A stretch of 64,000 nucleotides of DNA from a bacterium (GCA_016125385.1 WGLV01000015.1:2555-66554), one strand, 5' to 3'. Positions 50,790 to 61,185 are shown, counted from the first letter of the stretch. The notes: generated by a model from the letters alone, not told the origin. Program-made: numbers and translations.

Positions 50790-50970
50790 CGGCACAGAAT
50801 TCTCTTCGATCGCTTCAACGGTCGCTTTAGATGACCTGCTGAATAATCTGTCAGCGTGGTTGTTGTCGGATTTTTTTTGTTTACAAGAGTGTCAATTAAA
50901 AAGTCAATGATACAATCAATTGAAAATAAACGGGAAACAAACGATGAATACGAAACAGATTGGATAATAC

Positions 50971-51315
50971 ATGGCCGCCAGCAACGCTCTCGCTCGTAAA
51001 ATCGAATCGATCTGCTTGAAAGGTGGAATGAAGCAGAGCGATATCGCTCAACTGCTCGCCACCAACCCGGAAACCGTGTCGCGATGGAATCAGGGGAAAA
51101 ATTATCCACATTCGAGCACGGAAACCATTTTGCTTGAATTGGAATATATTATCGATCAGTTATCTGATCTGTACGAACCAGACGAGGCGCGTTTCTGGAT
51201 GTTTTCTCCGCAGAAATATTTTGATGGAAAAAAACCGGCGGACTTGATTCGAGCCGGAAAAATAGATGATGTCAGGCTGCTGGTGAATCAGCTGCGGGAT
51301 TCCGTGTATGGATAG
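50971..51315 (+). CDS. Xre/MbcA/ParS-type antitoxin (HTH plus toxin-binding C-domain)
   Basis: HTH QSDIAQLL...ETVSRW and C-domain ARFWMFSPQKYFDGKKPADLI; overlaps the RES gene start. Confidence 0.85.
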   Translation: MAASNALARKIESICLKGGMKQSDIAQLLATNPETVSRWNQGKNYPHSSTETILLELEYIIDQLSDLYEPDEARFWMFSPQKYFDGKKPADLIRAGKIDDVRLLVNQLRDSVYG

Positions 51316-51867
51316 CCTGTTCGATATTGAATTGACGGACAAATTGAGTGAACTGATTCCCGAGGAGTTTGAAGGTTCTGTTTATCGGGTTACTCGCCAA
51401 AACGTCGATCCCACCGCTCCATCATCCAGCGGTGGCCGCTGGGCCTTGCCGTCGAATGCTGGCGGCAACGGTACGCCGTTTTTTTGTATACGAGCTTGGA
51501 GGAAAGCGGCGCGAAAGCGGAAATCGCTTCGTTCCTTGCGGGTCTCAATCCGCTTCCGACGAAGAAATTATTGCTTACTGTCTTAAGCATCAGTCTACGC
51601 AAGGTGATTACGCTAGGTCATCAGGAATTGGATTATCTGGGCGTCGATCTGAGTCGATATAAGGAAAGAGATTATTCGTATACCCGGGTTATTGGATCGG
51701 CGGTTGGGTTTTTAGGTTTTGATGGGCTGATTGCTCCATCCGCGAGATGGGATTGCAATAATCTCATGATATATACGGAGAATCATTCAATTAATGAAAA
51801 ACTGGAAGTCATTGAGTCTCGTGAATTCGATTGGCTGGAATGGGCGAGATCGAATCGGATTATTTGA
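51308..51867 (+). pseudogene. RES-domain toxin split by a frameshift at a T7 tract
   Basis: The first frame carries VYRVT...SGGRW. The -1 frame continues LYTSLEESGAKAE...GFDGLIAPSARW...NLMIY. The frame switch falls at TTTTTTT (51479-51485). Confidence 0.82.
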
Positions 51868-51924
51868 TGATTACTTTATTTATCCAAATGTAAGCTGAAT
51901 TCGGTTATTCGTCTGTTCCTTCCC

Positions 51925-52974
51925 TTACAAAAACTCCCCTTGCAGGGTTGTCCCCGATGGGCCGGGCAGGCCGAGATGCGCGTATCCCGCCGGCGTGAGA
52001 ACGCGTCCGCTGGGCGTTCGGTTGAGCAGGCCCGTCTGAATCAGAAACGGCTCGTATACTTCTTCCAGCGTGCCTTCATCCTCTCCCAGCGCGATCGCCA
52101 GCGTCTTGAGTCCCACCGGCCCGCCGCCGAATTTTTCCGTGATGATCGTAAGGATGCGCCGGTCCATCTGGTCGAGCCCGAGCCGGTCGATTTCAAGCAG
52201 ACTCAGCGCTTCTCCCGCCACGGCGGCGCTGATGACGCCGTCCGAACGCACCTGTGCGTAGTCGCGAACGCGGCGCAGCAGCCGGTTAGCGACGCGCGGC
52301 GTGCGGCGCGACCGTGACGCGAGTTCGATCAACCCTTCTTCTTCAAAATCGATGCCGAGAATTCCCGCTGAACGCCGTAGAATGCGCGCGATGTCGTCAT
52401 CTTCATAAAAATTGAGCCGGCACTGGATGCCGAAACGGTCGCGCAACGGCCCGGTCAGCATGCCCGAGCGCGTGGTCGCCCCCACCAGGGTAAAGCGCGG
52501 CAGGTCGAGCTTGATCGACTTGGCGTGCGGACCTTCGCCGATCAGCACGTCAATAAAGTAATCCTCCATCGCGGGGTAGAGGCATTCCTCCACGACGCGG
52601 TTGAGGCGGTGAATCTCATCAATGAAAAGCACGTCGCCCTGTTGCAGTTCTGTAAGCAGCCCGGCGAGGTCGGCCTTGCGTTCCAGGATGGGGCCGGAGG
52701 TGGTACGCACGTTGACGTCCATCTCGCGGGCGATGATATGGGCGAGAGTGGTTTTGCCCAGGCCGGGCGGCCCCGCCAGCAGGATATGGTCAAGCGCTTC
52801 GCCGCGCTGGCGGGCGGCCTCGATGCAGATGCCGAGTTGCTTTTTGACCTCGTTCTGCCCAACGAAATGCGTCAGCGATTCGGGACGAATCGAGGTGGAC
52901 GCGAGTTCGTCTTCGGGCGACGCCTCGCGGGCGATGATCCGGTCGGGGTGTTTCGAGTCCATGCGGCCGCTCAT
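51925..52974 (-). CDS. ruvB: Holliday junction branch migration helicase RuvB
   Basis: [41 protein letters not shown] and YEPFLIQ. Confidence 0.97.
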   Translation of the reverse strand: MSGRMDSKHPDRIIAREASPEDELASTSIRPESLTHFVGQNEVKKQLGICIEAARQRGEALDHILLAGPPGLGKTTLAHIIAREMDVNVRTTSGPILERKADLAGLLTELQQGDVLFIDEIHRLNRVVEECLYPAMEDYFIDVLIGEGPHAKSIKLDLPRFTLVGATTRSGMLTGPLRDRFGIQCRLNFYEDDDIARILRRSAGILGIDFEEEGLIELASRSRRTPRVANRLLRRVRDYAQVRSDGVISAAVAGEALSLLEIDRLGLDQMDRRILTIITEKFGGGPVGLKTLAIALGEDEGTLEEVYEPFLIQTGLLNRTPSGRVLTPAGYAHLGLPGPSGTTLQGEFL

Positions 52975-53049
52975 GTGTCAAGATAGAGGGACGCGAAGTC
53001 CCTCGCGCCCGGCGGGGCCGGATACATCTTACACGATTTCATCAAGATT

Positions 53050-54216
53050 TCAGGCGATGTAATCGACCATCACATCGGCGGCGGTTCCGCTCGAACCGTC
53101 GCTGCGGAGATAGGAAGCGGTGGAGAGCAGGGAGCCGCCCTGTAATGTAGAGGGCGCGAGGCGTGAATCGAGCTGGATGGCGGCGATGCCCGCTGCGCGC
53201 AGCGATTGCAGTTCGCTGGTTTGCGACACGCCGTCGAGGTTCCGGTCCGAATAAAGCAGCAGGTCGCCATAGATGGCGTCGCGTTCGTCGATGACGCCGT
53301 TCCGGTCGCCGTCGAACTTGCGTAATTCTTCAAATCCGTCGCGCGCGCCGTGTTGATCTCCGAACAGTTCGAGTCCGTTATTGATGAGGCCGTCTCGATT
53401 GCGGTCGAGCGCGAGAAACGCGTCTCCGCCGGTGGCGAAGGCGGTGCGCTCGCGGGTTCCGTCGCCGTTGATGTCGAACATGGCGCCAGACTTGGCGGTG
53501 GTCAGTTCGACGCCGTCGCCGTCGAGATCAATCACGATAGGGTCGGATTGCTGAACCTCGCCCTGTTGCTGAAACTGGACGCTTTCGCTGTTTGAGGCGC
53601 CACCCGAGGGCAAACGGCCTTCGATATGAATGTTGATTTGACCGCGTGTCTCGAGATAGGCGGTGAGATCGGCTTCCAGCTGCGCGGCTCCATCCTGACT
53701 CGAACTGGATGAAGACGAAGACGACTGAAATTCTTCGATGCGGTTCAGCAGGTCTTGCGCGTGGGGATCGTCTTTACTGAGGCTGCGGATCAGATTGATG
53801 TAGGCGTCGAGCTTGGGGTCGCCTTTCGTGTCGATCGCGGGCTCATCGCTCGAATCGCCGTTCTTTCCAGGCGCGGGAGCGTCAAAAAGCCCACCCCCGG
53901 CTATTGAGCCGGAGGTGGACGCGGGTTGCGATTGGCCGGTGAAGGATGCGAGAGAAGGGGTTGACCGGGAAGTCCGGGGGTTCCGCGAAGGCTGCACGCC
54001 CGCCGTTTCGAATGAATCGGCTTGCCGTGCTCCTCCTCGCCGCGTCGGCTGACCGGCGCGGGCGCCGGCGGCGTTCTCGGCTAGAGAGACGAGCGTAACG
54101 CGGCTGACTTGAACCTGACTGCTCTCAACGATCTTGACGGAATCATTGGAGGGAGGAGTTTGACTGCGCGTACTGTTGCGAACGGGAACAACCAGAGCCC
54201 CTGATATCGGATCCAT
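53050..54216 (-). CDS. Hypothetical protein: disordered N-terminus plus RTX-associated calcium-binding domain
   Basis: SDPIVIDLDGDGVELT, FDINGDG, FLALDRNRDGLINNGLELFG and DGDRNGVID DxDxDG loops; no signal peptide. Confidence 0.78.
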   Translation of the reverse strand: MDPISGALVVPVRNSTRSQTPPSNDSVKIVESSQVQVSRVTLVSLAENAAGARAGQPTRRGGARQADSFETAGVQPSRNPRTSRSTPSLASFTGQSQPASTSGSIAGGGLFDAPAPGKNGDSSDEPAIDTKGDPKLDAYINLIRSLSKDDPHAQDLLNRIEEFQSSSSSSSSSQDGAAQLEADLTAYLETRGQINIHIEGRLPSGGASNSESVQFQQQGEVQQSDPIVIDLDGDGVELTTAKSGAMFDINGDGTRERTAFATGGDAFLALDRNRDGLINNGLELFGDQHGARDGFEELRKFDGDRNGVIDERDAIYGDLLLYSDRNLDGVSQTSELQSLRAAGIAAIQLDSRLAPSTLQGGSLLSTASYLRSDGSSGTAADVMVDYIA

Positions 54217-54283
54217 CGCCTCACCTCTTCAACCGACCAAAATCCATCCGTGGATCCAATATGCCTTCCCTGGCTGGCACTAG

Positions 54284-54311
54284 TTGTCGGCTGGAAAGTG
54301 GAAAAACTTGA
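54284..54311 (-). promoter_or_regulatory. Putative sigma28 (FliA) promoter
   Basis: The minus strand reads TCAAG-N15-GCCGACAA about 70 bp upstream of the 54216 start. Confidence 0.55.
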
Positions 54312-54394
54312 GGCGAAATCGACTCCCGAACGCAAGATGTGTGACAGCGACAAGAGAGTTTATGGTCGTTTAGGATCGATTGATTTAACCGGTT

Positions 54395-55429
54395 TCATTC
54401 ATACATCCCATAATCGTTAACGCCAGCCGTCGCATCGGAAATATCGAATATCTCAAGAGGGCCTGATATTGAAGTGAGCATGATGAATTCGCCGTCGGGT
54501 GAGAAGAGACCATATCTCTGTGTTGATTGAAAGACGACGGCTTCTTCCAGCGTTTCGGTGCGGTACAGGTGCGGCGCATGATTGTCGCCTCCCGAACCAA
54601 AGAAAAACTCTCCAGTAGGCGAAACGCCACTAAGTTCTTCGGCGTTTACCGTTTTAAAACCTTCAAACAGATATGTTTCGTCATTCGTGAAATAATTCCA
54701 GCGTCTTAATGTCCATTTCCGCGTGTTATATAGATCAATGGGGATGCGATCCCATATATAGAGGCTCTGCGGATTGGTTGATGGGAAAAATTCGCTGTTA
54801 TATATTTTGGGGAATGACAGAAAAATTTCTTTCTCCCCGGTGGAATAGAAAAAAGTCGGACTATGCCCGATCAGCAAAACATCTTCATTGAGTTTGTTGA
54901 AAAAACCGACGAATTGTTCTGAATAAAGAATCTCTCCTGAATTCGGATCCACCAGCAGTACGAAACCGCCTCCCGCCCAGATCGCGAGCAGAGCGTCGTT
55001 ATGGAAAAAACCGGTTAGTGAAGCGCCCTTGCCTGTGGGATTCGCGTTGTAGTAAGAGCTGAGGTCGAGTTCCAGCGTTCTGACGATATCGCCAGTCTGC
55101 AGATCGATGAATCGGATCGTTGATTTGGTTAGTGTTGAGTTCATGATCGCCAGCGTCGATTCATCGTGGCTGAACGCCATGCCGGGCTGAGCCGCGTACC
55201 CTTCATCCGGAAAGGAATATCGTATTTCTCCACTGTGAAGATCCCATACATCGAAACTCGAATCGCGAATGTTGACCGCGAGATAGGTGGAGCGAGGAGA
55301 AAAGGCGTATGGAACGTACTGATTAAACTTGATTTTCGGCGTGAGCGTGATGACGGCGGCGCAAGAATCCACAACTGCGATAACGAAGGAAAGACATGCG
55401 CATAATGCGAAAAACTTCAGCGTTTTCAC
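54395..55429 (-). CDS. Secreted WD40/YVTN-like beta-propeller protein
   Basis: Signal-peptide-like stretch from the GTG at 55429, with blades AFSPRSTYLAV...VWDL, AFSHDESTLAI and FSPDGEFI. The ORF is open to 55555. Confidence 0.75.
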   Translation of the reverse strand: MKTLKFFALCACLSFVIAVVDSCAAVITLTPKIKFNQYVPYAFSPRSTYLAVNIRDSSFDVWDLHSGEIRYSFPDEGYAAQPGMAFSHDESTLAIMNSTLTKSTIRFIDLQTGDIVRTLELDLSSYYNANPTGKGASLTGFFHNDALLAIWAGGGFVLLVDPNSGEILYSEQFVGFFNKLNEDVLLIGHSPTFFYSTGEKEIFLSFPKIYNSEFFPSTNPQSLYIWDRIPIDLYNTRKWTLRRWNYFTNDETYLFEGFKTVNAEELSGVSPTGEFFFGSGGDNHAPHLYRTETLEEAVVFQSTQRYGLFSPDGEFIMLTSISGPLEIFDISDATAGVNDYGMYE

Positions 55430-55618
55430 CGGTGAATCCCCCCTGAGAATTGAATGGACGATCATACGATATCGTGAGGTGTCGTTTTCGTCTGAAAAAT
55501 GTGAATACAGGTGAGATTCGAAAATGAATTGAGAGGTTTTGGAAGATTTAACCAATTTAATTTTATAGGTTTAGGTGATCGAATAGAAATTTTTCTTAAC
55601 GAATCCGCGTTATAGCCT

Positions 55619-55646
55619 TTGACGGCGCAATCAATGCCCTTATACT
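55619..55646 (+). promoter_or_regulatory. Putative sigma70 promoter for tRNA-fMet/alaS
   Basis: TTGACG-N16-TATACT. Confidence 0.6.
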
Positions 55647-55712
55647 TCTCAACATGCTGGCTGACGAATTTGTCATCCACGCGGCGTCGAAATTACTTTC
55701 CTAGCGAATTGA

Positions 55713-55784
<72 letters not shown>

Positions 55785-55830
55785 TAACTCGCATCTCTCC
55801 CCGATTTTTCCAATCAAGGCGGACAACCGC

Positions 55831-58479
55831 ATGAAAACCCAGGAAATCCGTGACCGTTTCCGTGATTTTTTCGTAGCCCGAGGCCACGAGGCATGGGCCA
55901 GCGACTCGCTCGTCCCCAGAAACGACCCGACATTATTGTTCAGCAGCGCCGGCATGGTTCAGTTCAAGCCGTACTTTCGCGGCGAAATGGGCGACGTGCT
56001 GAAACGGGCTACCACCTGCCAGAAATGTTTCCGTACCACTGATATCGAGCAGGTCGGCTACACCGAACGGCACCATACCTTCTTTGAAATGCTGGGCAAC
56101 TTCTCGTTCGGCGATTATTTCAAGAAAGAGGCGATCCGCTGGGCGTGGGAGTTCTCCATCGACGCGATGAAGATTCCCCGCGACCGCATCTGGGTCAGCG
56201 TCTACGAAGAAGACGACGAGTCGGAAGAAATCTGGAAAAACGAAACGGACGTCGATCCTCGCCATATCGTGCGTATGGGGGCGGAAGATAACTTCTGGCC
56301 CGCGTCGGGCATCCTTGGGCCGTCAGGGCCGTGTTCGGAGTTGTATTACGACAAAGGGCCGCAATACGGTACCGGACGCGAAGGCGCCAACCCCGCCGAC
56401 CCCGCCGAGGATGAACGCTTCACCGAATACTGGAACCTCGTCTTTACCCAATTCGACCGTCAGGCGGATGGATCGTTGCCCCCGCTGGGCCGTCAGAATA
56501 TCGATACCGGCATGGGCCTCGAGCGCCTCGCCTGCATCATGCAGGGAGTCGATTCAAACTACGAAACCGATCTGCTGCGTCCCATCATCGGCTATTTTGA
56601 AGACCTGAGTGGAATGAAATTCCGTGATTCCAAAGCGATCGATGTTTCGTTCCGCGTACTGGCCGACCACGTCCGCGCGGCGACGTTTCTTTTGACCGAT
56701 CAGGTGACGCCCAGCAATGCGGGGCGCGGTTACGTGCTGCGGCGCATCATGCGCCGCGCGGTGCGCCACGGCCTCAACCTCGGCATCGAAAACAACCTGT
56801 TCTCACCCGCGATGGAAGTCGTTTCCGATATCTATGGAAAAGAGTATGGCGACCTGGTTGAGCGGCTCAAATTCACTCGCCGCGTCGCCGCCGCCGAAGA
56901 AGAAGCCTTCCGCCAGACCATCAGCCGAGGGCTGATCAAGCTGGAAGAAATGATCGGCGAGCTGGAAAGCGGAAAAGAAAAAAGCCTGCCCGGCGACAAA
57001 GCCTTCACGCTGTATGATACCTACGGTTTCCCGCCCGACCTGACTAGCGAAATCCTGAAAGAACGCGGATTCGAAGGCTATGGCGAGGCCGAATTCGAAA
57101 CCTGCATGGAAGAACAGCGCAAACGCGCGCAGGCGGCCTGGCGCGGCTCGGGCGAGACCAAGGTCGAAATCGACGTTAACGTGCCGGCTTCGACGTTCAC
57201 CGGCTATGACTCGATGTGTGAAGAAAGCCGCGTGATTGCTCTCTTTAAAAACGGCAAGCGTGTTGAATCGGCTCTGGCGGGCTCTGAAGTGGAAGTCGTG
57301 GTTGAAAAGACGCCTTTTTACGCTGAATCCGGCGGTCAGATGGGCGATAAGGGAATCATTGAAGGCTTGGGCGAGCGCGACGTGGAAATACGCATCGAAA
57401 CCACGCGCAAATCGGCGTCGGGCGTATTCGTCCATTTCGGCGTGGTCGAGCGCGGCGAGTTGCGCGTCGGCGATGAGGTGAAGTTGACGGTTGATAAAGA
57501 TTCACGTCATCCCACCATGAAAAATCACACCGCCACCCACCTGCTGCAGGCGGCGTTGCGCGGCGTGCTGGGCGATCATGTCAAACAATCCGGATCGCTG
57601 GTTTCACCCGAACACCTGCGCTTTGACTTCACTCATTATGAATCGGTCAAACCGGAAGAACTGCGCGAAATTGAGACGCGCGTCAACCGGTGGGTGTATG
57701 AAAATCACCCCGTGCATATTGAAACCACTTCGATCGACAAGGCGCGCGAACGCGGCGCGATGGCGTTGTTCGGTGAAAAATACGGCGACATCGTGCGAAC
57801 GGTGGAAGTCGCCGGCGTCGACAACCCCGAGCCGGTCAGCCTGGAATTGTGCGGCGGTACGCACGTGCGTTCGACAGGTGAGATCGGCTCGTTCCGCATC
57901 GTGTCGGAAAGTTCTATCTCGGCGGGCAATCGCCGAATTGAAGCGGTAACGGGTCCGCGCGCGTTTGAAGAAGCCCAACGCGATCGTGAATTGTTGCGCA
58001 GCGTGGCCAATGCGCTCAAATCGTCGCCTGATGAGACGCCTGACCGCGTCAATCGCCTTCAGGAACAGCTCAAACAACTGGAGCGCGAAAACCGCGAACT
58101 CAAACAGAAACTTCTCTCCGGCGAGGCGACCGACCTGCGCGCCGGCGCGGAAACGCTCAACGGCGTGACGGTGCTCGCCAAACAAGTCGATATCGAAAGC
58201 AAAGAAGACCTTCAGGCGGCGATGGACGGCCTGATGAACGGCTCAAAGTCGTTCATCGCGATGCTCGCTGCGCCTTCCGATGGCAAGGTCACCTTCGTTT
58301 GCGGCGTCAGCGACGACCTCACCAGCCGCTTCGACGCGGGCAAACTCGTCAAAGAAACCGCCGCCGTTACGGGCGGCGGAGGCGGCGGGCGCAAGAATCG
58401 CGCGATGGCGGGCGGCAAGGACGCCTCCAAAACCGCCGAGGCGCTGAGCCGCTTCAAAGAACTGATCGGGCAAGCGTAA
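55831..58479 (+). CDS. alaS: Alanine--tRNA ligase
   Basis: DPTLLFSSAGMVQFK, HHTFFEMLGNFSFGDYFK, DTGMGLER, editing motifs NHTATHLL and ELCGGTH, and C-terminal GGGGG. Confidence 0.98.
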   Translation: MKTQEIRDRFRDFFVARGHEAWASDSLVPRNDPTLLFSSAGMVQFKPYFRGEMGDVLKRATTCQKCFRTTDIEQVGYTERHHTFFEMLGNFSFGDYFKKEAIRWAWEFSIDAMKIPRDRIWVSVYEEDDESEEIWKNETDVDPRHIVRMGAEDNFWPASGILGPSGPCSELYYDKGPQYGTGREGANPADPAEDERFTEYWNLVFTQFDRQADGSLPPLGRQNIDTGMGLERLACIMQGVDSNYETDLLRPIIGYFEDLSGMKFRDSKAIDVSFRVLADHVRAATFLLTDQVTPSNAGRGYVLRRIMRRAVRHGLNLGIENNLFSPAMEVVSDIYGKEYGDLVERLKFTRRVAAAEEEAFRQTISRGLIKLEEMIGELESGKEKSLPGDKAFTLYDTYGFPPDLTSEILKERGFEGYGEAEFETCMEEQRKRAQAAWRGSGETKVEIDVNVPASTFTGYDSMCEESRVIALFKNGKRVESALAGSEVEVVVEKTPFYAESGGQMGDKGIIEGLGERDVEIRIETTRKSASGVFVHFGVVERGELRVGDEVKLTVDKDSRHPTMKNHTATHLLQAALRGVLGDHVKQSGSLVSPEHLRFDFTHYESVKPEELREIETRVNRWVYENHPVHIETTSIDKARERGAMALFGEKYGDIVRTVEVAGVDNPEPVSLELCGGTHVRSTGEIGSFRIVSESSISAGNRRIEAVTGPRAFEEAQRDRELLRSVANALKSSPDETPDRVNRLQEQLKQLERENRELKQKLLSGEATDLRAGAETLNGVTVLAKQVDIESKEDLQAAMDGLMNGSKSFIAMLAAPSDGKVTFVCGVSDDLTSRFDAGKLVKETAAVTGGGGGGRKNRAMAGGKDASKTAEALSRFKELIGQA

Positions 58480-58485
58480 ATCCTC

Positions 58486-59769
58486 GTGGGCGAGGTCAAT
58501 CTGCTCATCGACGCGATTTCAACTCAGGCGGAAGGCATCGGCCGGGTTGAAGGCAAAGCGGTGTTCGTTCCATTCACGCTGCCCGGCGAATCGTGGCGGG
58601 TCCGCGTCATTGAGCGCAAGAAGAATTACGAACGAGCCCTGCCCGTTGAGCCGCAAGAGCCGTTCTTGACCCATCCCGCCCGCGTGGAGCCGCAATGCCC
58701 GTATTACGGGGTCTGCGGCGGTTGTCACCTTCAGCATGTCTCCTACGAACAGCAGTTGATTTTCAAGCGGCTGTGGCTGATCGAAACCTTTCGCCGCATC
58801 GGGCGGATCGACGTCGATTGCGGCGCCGTCGCGCCCGCCGCCGCGTGGGAATACCGAAATAAGATCACTCTGCCGTTGCGGCGGCCCGAAGGCCGCGCGG
58901 TCTTCGCCTATCATCACATTCATCTACCCAACAAACTGGTGGGCGTCGATGACTGCCCAATCGCACACGCGAAAATCCGCGCGGCGTTGCCGCTTTGCGC
59001 GGAAGCGCTCGATGATTGCCAGGCTGAATTCACTCCCCCGCGTGAAACGGGCGACCGGGGCGCGCACGCCGTGTTCCGTGTTTGCGGAGGTTCCCTTTAC
59101 GCGTCGTTTTACTCAATCGCGATCCCGGACGTCTTGCGTAATGAGTTCGTCTCCCGGCTTTTCTCGGATTCTTCGCCGATTGATTTCATCCAGTTCCCGG
59201 CGGATGGCGGTTCGATGAAATCGTACGCGCGCGGCGCCCGTCTTGAGACGGCTCCGCCGGATGACGCCTTCTTGCAGGTGAATGACGAAGTCCGCGACGC
59301 GTTGTACGATCATGTCGCCGGTTTGCCGTATCAAAAAACGGAATCGCTATTGGATGGTTACGCCGGTGTGGGCGTGTTATCTCGCCGCTTGACGGGCCGT
59401 TTTTCGAAAGTGGTTGGCGTTGAAGCCGACCGGTCCACCTCGGATATGGCGAGGCGGGAGGCGGAACGCAGCGGCGCGGCGGTCGAAACCCGCGCGATGA
59501 CGATGGAGCGATTTTTCAGCGAGACGCGCGATCGATTCGACGCGATGGTGATGAATCCGCCCCGCGCGGGACTGTCTCAACCGGTGCGAGACGCGCTCAA
59601 GCGAAACGGCGCCGCTGACCTGGTGATGATATCCTGCCACCCCGCCGCGATGGCGCGCGACGCCGTCGAACTGATGGGGGCGGATTATCGCCTCGTGTCG
59701 TTGCAACCCTTCGATATGTTCCCTCAGACTTACCACCTCGAAGCCGCCGCGCATCTTCAACGCGGCTGA
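58486..59769 (+). CDS. 23S rRNA m5U methyltransferase, RlmD/TrmA family
   Basis: TRAM domain, Fe-S motif CPYYGVCGGC, YAGVG SAM motif, NPPRAG, ISCHP and DMFPQTYHLE. Confidence 0.9.
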   Translation: MGEVNLLIDAISTQAEGIGRVEGKAVFVPFTLPGESWRVRVIERKKNYERALPVEPQEPFLTHPARVEPQCPYYGVCGGCHLQHVSYEQQLIFKRLWLIETFRRIGRIDVDCGAVAPAAAWEYRNKITLPLRRPEGRAVFAYHHIHLPNKLVGVDDCPIAHAKIRAALPLCAEALDDCQAEFTPPRETGDRGAHAVFRVCGGSLYASFYSIAIPDVLRNEFVSRLFSDSSPIDFIQFPADGGSMKSYARGARLETAPPDDAFLQVNDEVRDALYDHVAGLPYQKTESLLDGYAGVGVLSRRLTGRFSKVVGVEADRSTSDMARREAERSGAAVETRAMTMERFFSETRDRFDAMVMNPPRAGLSQPVRDALKRNGAADLVMISCHPAAMARDAVELMGADYRLVSLQPFDMFPQTYHLEAAAHLQRG

Positions 59770-59770
59770 T

Positions 59771-61030
59771 CTATTCTCCGACGATGTCCGACACGTCGAT
59801 GACGTAGAGTTGGCGGCCGTTTCCCCTGTGCGGAGAGTCGATCGCAACCTTGCGCCCGTCATGGCTGAACCGCGGGTGCGTGTCGCATCGCCATTCGCCT
59901 TTGTATTCCTCCGGCGAATGAAAATGACCGAGAAACGCTTTGCGGCCCGTGGGGATGTGATAGAGATAGACGTTCTGGCTCCTGTTCTGATCGGGGTAGG
60001 TATCGTTCAGAATCCACTCATTATTTGTATTCGGCAAATAGGTGCAGTGGCCGTTGACCGTCATGTCGCCAAGCCCCACCGGTTCGACGCGATCCGACCC
60101 GTCTTCATACAGATAAAACGCGCTTTGATGCGAGGGATGCCACGCCCATGCGAGAATATGAACCGGATCCCTCCAGATGAAGTGCGACGTCTTGCCATAC
60201 GGATCGACTACGTGAATGTCGCCGCCGTCCAGCGACGCGGTCAGCATGCGGGTTCCAAATCCTCCTACGTTCTTATACTCGGTGTTGTCTTCAGGGCGCC
60301 AGCGATGCAGAAAGATAAATCGCGTTCCATCGGTGTTGAACAGCAGGTGATTGAACCAGTGTTTTGAATGCTCAAACTCGCCGGGCTCGCCGAATTCATG
60401 AGGGATCTTTACGATTTCGGCGAGTGAGACGATAAGACGGGCCTCGCCGCTTTCGAGGTCGACGCGCCAGACGCCCGACTGGCTCGGGAACGGATCGTCT
60501 CTCCATGGATCGGGAAGCCCCGCATAGCCGTAACCCGGCCGGGTGTCCTGAATCCGGCGGAAATCGGCGCTGAGCGCGGTTTTCCCGTCGGGGCTCAGGC
60601 AATAGATGGGGAAGGGGATGGTTCTGGTCTCGCGTGTAAAGACATCCATCACGCGGCAGACGAACCGGTCTCCCTCGCGATCGTTCCAGACGACTTCAGA
60701 ACTCGACCCCGGCCGCCATTGCAGCATGCAGCCCTGTTGCCACCCCCACGCGTTCGAAGTTCCCAGTTCGATCCAGCGGTTATCATCCTGAAGATCGACC
60801 ATGCCGATGCGGATCGTATCCTCCGCCGTGGGGCTGCGGCCCTCAAAGTCGACCTCCATACCCAGCAGGTAGCGTCCGCTCGGATCGAACTGCCATTTGT
60901 CATAATATCCGAACCAGTGATAGCCCGGGCCATGCGTCACTGCCTCGATGGGCGGGAGCGTTTCCGCGCTGGGTTGAAGCGGGATGGAACATAACAACGT
61001 GAATGCGGCGATGATCCATGTAATGGTCAT
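59771..61030 (-). CDS. Secreted TolB-like/oligogalacturonate-lyase-like beta-propeller protein
   Basis: Signal peptide from MTITW, then HWFGYYDKWQFD, WGWQQG and RCDTHPRFSHDG. The ORF is open to 61093. Confidence 0.72.
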   Translation of the reverse strand: MTITWIIAAFTLLCSIPLQPSAETLPPIEAVTHGPGYHWFGYYDKWQFDPSGRYLLGMEVDFEGRSPTAEDTIRIGMVDLQDDNRWIELGTSNAWGWQQGCMLQWRPGSSSEVVWNDREGDRFVCRVMDVFTRETRTIPFPIYCLSPDGKTALSADFRRIQDTRPGYGYAGLPDPWRDDPFPSQSGVWRVDLESGEARLIVSLAEIVKIPHEFGEPGEFEHSKHWFNHLLFNTDGTRFIFLHRWRPEDNTEYKNVGGFGTRMLTASLDGGDIHVVDPYGKTSHFIWRDPVHILAWAWHPSHQSAFYLYEDGSDRVEPVGLGDMTVNGHCTYLPNTNNEWILNDTYPDQNRSQNVYLYHIPTGRKAFLGHFHSPEEYKGEWRCDTHPRFSHDGRKVAIDSPHRGNGRQLYVIDVSDIVGE

Positions 61031-61185
61031 TTCGCGTCTCCGTCCACTGGATGGGTATTTCAATCTATACCACAAAGAGACCGTCTGAACCAATGGCCGC
61101 TGGTGGAACCAACCCTTTCGCCGCTCCGTTATAATGGTTTACGATGAAGTTGAAGCATTTCTATTTTCATGTCTGGAGGTTACGG

